This document shows positions 1-5,601 of a stretch of DNA of 64,000 bases, one piece after another. The notes below the pieces were generated by a model. The model was not told the origin of the DNA. It did no database searches and saw only the letters and a list, made by a program, of their open reading frames with translations. The first letter of the stretch is position 1, and the number at the start of each line of letters is the position of its first letter. A program made the translations under genes and the position numbers. Source of the stretch: a bacterium (GTDB taxonomy: Bacteria; Patescibacteriota; Saccharimonadia; Saccharimonadales; AWTP1-31); assembly GCA_030426125.1 (NCBI GenBank), contig JAUHZB010000002.1:67633-131632 (forward strand), in the 5' to 3' direction.

Positions 1-675
1 GAGCATCTGTACAATAGTATCGCTAGTAATTTTGGACTCGGTTCCAGCTATTTGATCAAGCAAGCTGATGCTATCGCGAAAACTACCATCACCATGACTA
101 GCTATTAATTGTAGGGCTGGCTCATCAATGTCTATTGATTCAGCGCTAGCTATGGTTTTTAAATGTCCAGCTAGACTATTTTCATCTATTGGTTTAAACG
201 TAAAGTGTTGAGTTCGGCTAATTATTGTATCTGGAAGTTTATGAGCCTCGGTAGTGGCTAAGATGAAGATTGCATGTTTTGGCGGTTCCTCCAAGGTTTT
301 TAATAAGGCATTAAAGGCTTCTCTGGTTAACATATGAACTTCATCGATGATGTAGACTTTATATTCTACTTGTGATGGTAAGACATTTACTTTGTCGCGT
401 AGTTCACGGATTTCTTCAATCCGGCGGTTGCTGGCAGCGTCAATTTCAATAATGTCTAGATGATTAGCCGATTCATCATATTCGATCTTATTTATTTCAT
501 GAGCCAAAATTCTGGCAATACTAGTTTTCCCGACGCCTCTTGGACCAGTTAGTAGATAGGCATGGCTTAGAGAGCCACTAGCTATAGCGTTACTAAGCGT
601 AGTAGTAATATGTTCTTGGCCAACAATCTCGCCGAGTTTTTTTGGCCTATATTTTCGGTATAATGCTTGCCCCAT
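1..675 (-). CDS. dnaX: DNA polymerase III subunit gamma/tau, N-terminal AAA+ part (3' end lies beyond the window start)
   Basis: Not in the ORF track because it runs off the window. Minus-strand translation from ATG 673-675 reads MGQALYRKYRPKKLGEIVGQEHI...LLTGPRGVGKTS (Walker A)...VYIIDEVHML (Walker B)...IISRTQHF, the clamp-loader signature. Confidence 0.85.
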   Translation of the reverse strand, partial: MGQALYRKYRPKKLGEIVGQEHITTTLSNAIASGSLSHAYLLTGPRGVGKTSIARILAHEINKIEYDESANHLDIIEIDAASNRRIEEIRELRDKVNVLPSQVEYKVYIIDEVHMLTREAFNALLKTLEEPPKHAIFILATTEAHKLPDTIISRTQHFTFKPIDENSLAGHLKTIASAESIDIDEPALQLIASHGDGSFRDSISLLDQIAGTESKITSDTIVQML

Positions 676-805
676 CTAATAATAAGCTAGCCACTGGCAA
701 CCAGCTTTATCCTCCTTGTCGTTATCTTATTATACGATGGATACTTAGCTCGACACAAATAAGATAGACAATTACAACAGTGCTTATCTATCTATCTCTA
801 AGATC

Positions 806-1315
806 TTATAGTGCAGCTTCTAGCGCAGCCCATTCAGTATTATCGTCATCCTCAGGGATGTTGATACTGACCTGATCACCTGGCTTGGCTTTAAAGTAAG
901 TTACGCTGGCTAGTAGCACTCGATATGATCTTTCACCGACAATAACAAAGTAATGACCATCTTTTAGTTCTAGATTTCCAACAACTTGTTTTCTTGGTAT
1001 TGGACCGATTTGCTTATAAAGGAAAGTGCCATCATCAGCGATGGTTAATTTGAGGATATCACCTTGGACTAACTTAGATTTAGAGGCATAGTTGGCTGGT
1101 ACTGGATACATTTTGCCGTCAGATCCAACCATGTTCTGGCCGTCAAAGACACCTTCGACAGACTTGCCGAGGTTGTCATCTTTAGCATGAGTAACAATAT
1201 TAGGATCTTCACCAACTAAACTAATCAGCAACTCTTTAACAGCTGCTAGGCTGGTTTCTGCTTCTTGAATTAAACTGCGCATTCTTTTTATTTGTTTTTC
1301 TGGTACGTCTGCCAT
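806..1315 (-). CDS. hypothetical protein (169 aa)
   Basis: ORF track gives 806..1408. I prefer ATG 1313-1315 (MADVPEKQIKRM...) because AAGGA lies 8 nt upstream and a TTGACA-17-TATTTT promoter sits inside the longer version. No family recognised. Confidence 0.55.
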   Translation of the reverse strand: MADVPEKQIKRMRSLIQEAETSLAAVKELLISLVGEDPNIVTHAKDDNLGKSVEGVFDGQNMVGSDGKMYPVPANYASKSKLVQGDILKLTIADDGTFLYKQIGPIPRKQVVGNLELKDGHYFVIVGERSYRVLLASVTYFKAKPGDQVSINIPEDDDNTEWAALEAAL

Positions 1316-1379
1316 TTTTGTATCCTTTTGTTTCTCCGTTAGTCCTCTTTTTAGTATTGTCTCATCAACACTTAACATA

Positions 1380-1408
1380 AAAATATCACGAATAGTTAAA
1401 CGTGTCAA
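1380..1408 (-). promoter_or_regulatory. candidate sigma70-type promoter of the 169-aa gene
   Basis: Minus strand TTGACA (1403-1408), 17 nt, TATTTT (1380-1385). It lies just downstream of the rplL terminator. Confidence 0.4.
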
Positions 1409-1438
1409 AAATGCAAGAGCTAAGGCTGTGGATAAACT

Positions 1439-1466
1439 AAAACAGAGACCCGGAAACAGGTCTCTG
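1439..1466 (-). terminator. rho-independent terminator after rplL
   Basis: Minus strand CAGAGACC-tgtttccg-GGTCTCTG followed by TTTT. 8-bp GC-rich stem. Confidence 0.7.
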
Positions 1467-1516
1467 TAATTTAGTGTTTCTTGTCTTAGAAGATCGTAAT
1501 CTTTTCTAAAATAAGA

Positions 1517-1900
1517 TTAAGCTAATTCTACGCTACAACCAGCATCTTCTAGAGATTTCTTAGCTGCTTCAGCGTCTTCTTTCTTAGCTTTTTCTAGAAT
1601 AGTCTTAGGAGCGCCGTCTACTAGAGCTTTTGCTTCACCAAGGCCTAGACCAGTGATTTCTTTAACAGCTTTAATAGCTGCTACTTTTTGTGAACCAGCG
1701 TCTTTTAGGACTACGTCGTATTCACTTTTCTCTTCTGCAGCTGCACCAGCGGCGTCATCGCCACCAGCTGGACCAGCTACGGCAACAGCAGCAGCTGCTG
1801 GTTCAATTCCGTATTCGTCTTTTAGTATGTTTCCTAGTTCGTTAACTTCAAGTACAGTTAGACCAACTAGTTGTTCTGCAAATTTCTTTAAGTCTGCCAT
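1517..1900 (-). CDS. rplL: 50S ribosomal protein L7/L12
   Basis: 127 aa. [11 protein letters not shown]..., Ala/Gly hinge, C-terminal domain [25 protein letters not shown]. Immediately follows rplJ. Confidence 0.95.
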   Translation of the reverse strand: MADLKKFAEQLVGLTVLEVNELGNILKDEYGIEPAAAAVAVAGPAGGDDAAGAAAEEKSEYDVVLKDAGSQKVAAIKAVKEITGLGLGEAKALVDGAPKTILEKAKKEDAEAAKKSLEDAGCSVELA

Positions 1901-1915
1901 TATTTATTCCTTTCG

Positions 1916-2440
1916 TTAATTGGAGGCTTTGGCCTCTAGGCTTTGTAATATTCCGTGTAAGTTTCCATTTAGGCCACTAAGCGCATTGTTCATTGGAGAA
2001 TTTAGCAGGTTAATAATACCAGCAACAATTTCGTTCTTGCTTGGAAGTTTAGCTAGAGCGCTAACTTCTTCAGCGGTCATGAACTTGCCTTCAGCACTAA
2101 AGCCACCTACAAATTGTAAGCTTTTGTTGGTTTTAGCGAACTCGGCTAATGATTTAGCTGGAGCTACTTCGTCTTTATCGTTAAAGGCATAAACTAACTG
2201 ACCGTTTAATTGGCTAGTATCGGCGTCTTTTAGAGTTTCATTACTCTGGATAGCCTTAATTACTAGACGGTTCTTTATGACTTTAACAGTAGTTCCCTCA
2301 GCTTTGGCATCTTTGCGCAATGCTTGCATGGCTTTAACAGTAGTTCCTGGATAGGAAGCGACAACTGTCATTTTGGAATCTTCTAGAAGCTGTTTAACAT
2401 CTTCTATTACTGATTGTTTCTTATCTTTTGTAAGAGCCAT
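1916..2440 (-). CDS. rplJ: 50S ribosomal protein L10
   Basis: 174 aa, L10-like N-terminal domain, 15-nt spacer to rplL. Canonical rplJL pair. Confidence 0.93.
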   Translation of the reverse strand: MALTKDKKQSVIEDVKQLLEDSKMTVVASYPGTTVKAMQALRKDAKAEGTTVKVIKNRLVIKAIQSNETLKDADTSQLNGQLVYAFNDKDEVAPAKSLAEFAKTNKSLQFVGGFSAEGKFMTAEEVSALAKLPSKNEIVAGIINLLNSPMNNALSGLNGNLHGILQSLEAKASN

Positions 2441-2610
2441 TAAATGTCCTTATTAGGGTTTTATTGTTTGTCAACTCGACCTGATTGACTCGTTACCGCT
2501 ACGTCTGTAGCGCAAGTCTGAAACAAATGTTTCTACCTAGGTAGCTGATTAAGTAATATTAATTTTTAAAAATTTATATCACGGCTACGGTCTTTGGTAA
2601 CGATGGAGGT
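2441..2610 (-). promoter_or_regulatory. rplJ 5' leader (possible L10/L12 autoregulatory leader)
   Basis: About 165-nt untranslated leader between the promoter and rplJ. It contains a CGCTAC-agac-GTAGCG hairpin (2497-2512). Assignment is by position only. Confidence 0.3.
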
Positions 2611-2639
2611 ATTTTACCTCTGTTGGGGTGGTTTGTCAA
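2611..2639 (-). promoter_or_regulatory. promoter of rplJ-rplL
   Basis: Minus strand TTGACA (2634-2639), 17 nt, TAAAAT (2611-2616). Confidence 0.6.
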
Positions 2640-2670
2640 TATACTCAGTTGTAATTATTTATGGATTGTT

Positions 2671-4194
2671 TTACAAGAATAATTCTATACTCTCTGAATC
2701 GACTTTGTGGTACTCATAATTAGTAGCTTTTAAAGATTCTTTTAATTCTGACCAGTCATTTCCCCTAAAGCCAATTAGTACCCGGCCTTTATCGGCACCT
2801 AGTCCGCGGTAATGGAACAAGCTGATGCTCCATTTCTGACTAATGGTGTCTAGGAACTTTAGCAACGCCCCTGGTTTCTCTGGAAAATTGACTTCCAGTA
2901 TCATCTCTTGATTTTTATCTTTACTTGGGCCACCAACCATATGTCTGATATGCTCTTTGGCAATTTCATCCAGGGTTAGATCATAGTAATTGTATCGATG
3001 CTTTGTTAGGTTAGCGATTAATTGGTTCTTGTCTTCTGCTTGATTTAAGTTAATCCCGATTAGTATAACTGCTTTGTCCTTGGTTGACTGGCTGGCTTTA
3101 TAGCGGTAGCTAAATTCACTAATTGAAAAACCATTAATTACGTCAAGACAAAGTTTTCTCAGGCTCCCGGCTTTTTCTGGTAGCTCAATAGCAAACAAAG
3201 CTTCTTTGCCGCTACCTATAAGTGTTCGCTCGGCTATGAACTGGAGCCTTTCAAAAGTCATGTTGGCTCCAGATAAAATACAGGCCACTTGCTTATTCTT
3301 CTCGGATTTAAGTTCAGAAAAGTATTTTGTGGCCCCAGCTACTGACAGAGCTCCAGCCGGCTCCACAATTGCTCGACTGTCTTCAAAGATTGCTTTAATG
3401 GCGGCACAGACTTGATCTACACTGACCGTGATTATTTCATCTACATATTGTTTGGCTAGTTGGTAAGTTAAGTCCCCAACTTGCTTAACTGCTACACCGT
3501 CAGCAAAAATACCGACATGGTCTAGCTGTAGTCTTTTATTTGTCGCAAGTGACTGTTGCATGGCATTACTGTCAGCCGGCTCAACGCCTATTACTTTTAT
3601 ATCTGGTCTCTTCTTTTTAACGTATTCTGCGACTCCAGCGATTAGTCCTCCGCCACCAACGGGGACGAAAATATAGTCAAGATCTGGGTGTTGCTCTAAG
3701 AGTTCTTTGGCTACCGTGGCTTGTCCATCAATAACCATACGGTCATCAAAGGGATGAATAAAAGTCATAGGACTGGCTTTCATTAGTTCTTGGCATTTTG
3801 CGTAGGCCTCGGAATAGTTATCGCCACTTAAGACTACTTTAGCCCCGTAGCTTTTTACAGCTTCAACTTTAATACTCGGCGTTGTTTCAGGCATCACTAT
3901 TACTGCTGGAATATCTAATTCCTTGGCACTTAAGGCCACGCCCTGAGCATGGTTGCCAGCACTGGCTGCAATTACTCCGGCCTTTTTCTGCTGATCACCC
4001 AGCGAAGCTATTTTGTTGTAGGCTCCTCTAATCTTGAAAGAGTGTATAGGCTGTAAGTCTTCACGCTTGAAATTTATTGATTGGCCAAGCTGCAAGCTTA
4101 GTTTGTTGACTTTTTGTAAGGGTGTTCTACTAACTAAATCATAAAAGCTCGGGTGAACTTTTAGAGCCGATTGTTGGGTCGATTGTTTTTTCAT
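2671..4194 (-). CDS. ilvA: threonine ammonia-lyase (threonine dehydratase), biosynthetic type with two C-terminal regulatory repeats
   Basis: 507 aa. PLP-lysine motif SFKIRGAYN, glycine loop VPVGGGGLIAG, and a long C-terminal region of two ACT-like repeats as in biosynthetic IlvA. Confidence 0.9.
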   Translation of the reverse strand: MKKQSTQQSALKVHPSFYDLVSRTPLQKVNKLSLQLGQSINFKREDLQPIHSFKIRGAYNKIASLGDQQKKAGVIAASAGNHAQGVALSAKELDIPAVIVMPETTPSIKVEAVKSYGAKVVLSGDNYSEAYAKCQELMKASPMTFIHPFDDRMVIDGQATVAKELLEQHPDLDYIFVPVGGGGLIAGVAEYVKKKRPDIKVIGVEPADSNAMQQSLATNKRLQLDHVGIFADGVAVKQVGDLTYQLAKQYVDEIITVSVDQVCAAIKAIFEDSRAIVEPAGALSVAGATKYFSELKSEKNKQVACILSGANMTFERLQFIAERTLIGSGKEALFAIELPEKAGSLRKLCLDVINGFSISEFSYRYKASQSTKDKAVILIGINLNQAEDKNQLIANLTKHRYNYYDLTLDEIAKEHIRHMVGGPSKDKNQEMILEVNFPEKPGALLKFLDTISQKWSISLFHYRGLGADKGRVLIGFRGNDWSELKESLKATNYEYHKVDSESIELFL

Positions 4195-4553
4195 AGTTTC
4201 TCAGCCACTGCCTCAATTTCCACCAATAGTTTATTATCTGCAACTCTAGGAAGTTCCTTAACACCAACGGTACTACGAGCTGGTCTACTTCCACTAGCCT
4301 CAAAAACTTCGGCGTAGACTTTATTCATAGCTTCAAAATCTTCAATATTGACTAAATAGACGGTTACTTTAATTACCTTAGATAAATCTGAGCCAGCTTG
4401 TTTAAGAACATCAGTTAGGTTTTGCAGGGCAAGTGTTGTTTGCTCGGTTATATTTTCTGGTGCTTTGCCTTCCTTAGCTCCAACTTGGCCAGCACTAAAT
4501 ACTAGATTTTTGCTATCTTGGTAACTTGCGTATGGTCCGTAAGTTTTTGGCAT
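4191..4553 (-). CDS. ridA: RidA/YjgF-family reactive enamine/imine deaminase
   Basis: ORF track gives 4191..4646. Start moved to ATG 4551-4553 (MPKTYGPY...) because GAAAGGAG lies 4 nt upstream and the longer version runs through a terminator hairpin. YjgF-family C-terminus (RPARSTVGV..LP...VEIEAVA). Its TGA stop overlaps the ilvA ATG (ATGA). Confidence 0.85.
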   Translation of the reverse strand: MPKTYGPYASYQDSKNLVFSAGQVGAKEGKAPENITEQTTLALQNLTDVLKQAGSDLSKVIKVTVYLVNIEDFEAMNKVYAEVFEASGSRPARSTVGVKELPRVADNKLLVEIEAVAEKL

Positions 4554-4603
4554 AGTTCTCCTTTCAATATTTGGTTTATTCTTGCTAGCTAAACTAGCTA
4601 AAC

Positions 4604-4632
4604 AAAAAAGACCTCTGCTTGGTAGAGAGGTC
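4604..4632 (-). terminator. attenuator terminator in the ridA-ilvA leader
   Basis: Minus strand GACCTCT-ctaccaagc-AGAGGTC followed by TTTTTT, about 50 nt upstream of the ridA Shine-Dalgarno site. Confidence 0.7.
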
Positions 4633-4656
4633 GTTTTATAAGACAATTAGCGACAT

Positions 4657-4707
4657 CTACCGCGTAAGCGGGTCAATAATGTCAATAATTGCTACTATTT
4701 TGTTCAT
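4657..4707 (-). CDS. putative attenuator leader peptide, Ile-rich (16 aa, MNKIVAIIDIIDPLTR)
   Basis: ATG 4705-4707 to TAG 4657-4659. 5 Ile and 1 Val in 16 codons (ATT ATT GAC ATT ATT GAC). No Shine-Dalgarno site; the ATG is 8 nt after a -10 box. The stop codon lies inside the antiterminator segment. Confidence 0.6.
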   Translation of the reverse strand: MNKIVAIIDIIDPLTR

Positions 4708-4715
4708 ACCTTAAG

Positions 4716-4743
4716 ATATTACTCTTTGTTCTGGCTCTGTCAA
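4716..4743 (-). promoter_or_regulatory. promoter driving the Ile leader peptide and ridA-ilvA
   Basis: Minus strand TTGACA (4738-4743), 16 nt, TAATAT (4716-4721), then 8 nt to the leader ATG. Confidence 0.6.
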
Positions 4744-5012
4744 GACAGTCGCCGTTGCTCAATGGTAAGTGGCTGAATATCTTGGTTGTAGTCGTCAGTT
4801 TTAAAAGGATGACCATCACGCCCACTGGCTAGGTGTTCACCAATTATTCTTAGTTCTGGTATTGTGCTGGCCAGATAATTTGAAATTTCCGGACAAACTA
4901 TTCGACCTGGATTAGATTCAGTTTGTATTGGTCTTTCCGGTACTTCGTCTAATCCAAAAGGATCGACTTCGCTAGTTCTCCAACCTAACCAACCATCAGG
5001 ATTTGCTTTCAT
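4740..5012 (-). CDS. hypothetical small protein (90 aa)
   Basis: ORF track gives 4740..5039. ATG 5010-5012 (MKANPDGWLGW...) is preferred because AAGGAG lies 9 nt upstream. No family recognised. TGA stop. Confidence 0.5.
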   Translation of the reverse strand: MKANPDGWLGWRTSEVDPFGLDEVPERPIQTESNPGRIVCPEISNYLASTIPELRIIGEHLASGRDGHPFKTDDYNQDIQPLTIEQRRLS

Positions 5013-5061
5013 CTTTCTTTGCTCCTTTATTCTTATCAATTATTATCTTATCTGAATTATT

Positions 5062-5355
5062 CTAGATGCCTTGGCTTAATGGATCTATAGTTCTAGTACT
5101 TTGGATATCACTACTCTGTGTTTGCTGTAATGCTTCATCGATTGGCGTAGCAGTCATTGAGTAGCCAACTTCACTATCATGAATTAACTCTAATACAACA
5201 GTTGGTCCAACAATTATCCCTTTATTAGCTAATGTTTGATATACCTCAGTAATAACCTCACCGCTATAATCTTGTCCATTAAAATAGACATCTTCAGCTA
5301 TCTCTTCGAAGATTATTGGGTATTTTCGTTCTAATTGTTCAATGTCTTGGCTCAT
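5062..5355 (-). CDS. hypothetical small acidic protein (97 aa)
   Basis: ORF track ORF. AAAGGAA Shine-Dalgarno site about 7 nt upstream of the ATG. First gene after the Leu/Ile/Val attenuator. No family recognised. Confidence 0.55.
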   Translation of the reverse strand: MSQDIEQLERKYPIIFEEIAEDVYFNGQDYSGEVITEVYQTLANKGIIVGPTVVLELIHDSEVGYSMTATPIDEALQQTQSSDIQSTRTIDPLSQGI

Positions 5356-5373
5356 TAAATATTCCTTTAAGTT

Positions 5374-5398
5374 AAAATTCAGGCTATTGAAGCCTGAA
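5374..5398 (-). terminator. attenuator terminator upstream of the 97-aa gene
   Basis: Minus strand TTCAGGCT-tcaat-AGCCTGAA followed by TTTT. Its left arm plus loop (TCAGGCTTCAAT) is perfectly complementary to 5429-5440. Confidence 0.65.
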
Positions 5399-5428
5399 CT
5401 ATGTGGGCTGTGTTGGCGTTAGTAACGC

Positions 5429-5542
5429 TCAGGCTTCAATATATTTTGGACACAGCCCTTTAAGATTAAGAATATCTAAAACCAGCAGCAGATTATTGCT
5501 TCCGTACGCGACGATCCGATTAGCTGTTGCTGTGTTATGCAT
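5429..5542 (-). CDS. putative attenuator leader peptide, Leu/Ile/Val-rich (37 aa)
   Basis: ATG 5540-5542 to TGA 5429-5431: MHNTATANRIVAYGSNNLLLVLDILNLKGLCPKYIEA. 7 Leu, 3 Ile, 2 Val. No Shine-Dalgarno site; the ATG is 7 nt after an extended -10. The last four codons (ATT GAA GCC TGA) form the antiterminator segment. Confidence 0.55.
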   Translation of the reverse strand: MHNTATANRIVAYGSNNLLLVLDILNLKGLCPKYIEA

Positions 5543-5549
5543 CAGTACT

Positions 5550-5578
5550 GTTATAGCACGACGTTTAATCGACCGCAA
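5550..5578 (-). promoter_or_regulatory. promoter of the Leu/Ile/Val leader transcription unit
   Basis: Minus strand TTGCGG (5573-5578), 17 nt, TGcTATAAC (5550-5558), then 7 nt to the leader ATG. Confidence 0.55.
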
Positions 5579-5601
5579 TAGCTAATAGAAAGCCTACTTC
5601 G

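Noticed and set aside
676-730. Strong orphan AAGGAGG 38 nt upstream of the dnaX ATG, suggesting a different dnaX start or a uORF.
   Set aside because: An in-frame TAG lies immediately upstream of the ATG, so dnaX cannot be extended. The only ORF after the Shine-Dalgarno site would start at CTG and is 5 codons long. Left unexplained rather than called.
1653-1919. Long plus-strand ORFs antisense to ribosomal-protein, RNA polymerase and elongation-factor genes. Examples: 1653..1919, 1920..2192, 8873..9262, 23579..24073, 29151..29543, 32054..32491, 34590..34976, 35687..36025, 39323..40390, 41159..41950, 44348..45151.
   Set aside because: They fully overlap strongly supported conserved genes on the other strand. 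They have low-complexity Ser/Ala/Leu/Pro-rich translations and lack promoters or Shine-Dalgarno sites. These are typical shadow ORFs.
4554-4646. N-terminal extensions of ORF-track models: ridA 4191..4646, the hypothetical 806..1408, tig 53442, and the 99-aa ORF 5039.
   Set aside because: The extended parts contain terminator hairpins or promoters, and internal ATGs have properly spaced GGAG/AAGGA sites or leaderless -10 boxes. Shorter models were adopted.
5403-5585. 60-aa plus-strand ORF in the tmk::thyX / 97-aa intergenic region.
   Set aside because: The region is better explained on the minus strand by a promoter, leader peptide, antiterminator and terminator. The plus-strand ORF has no start signals.
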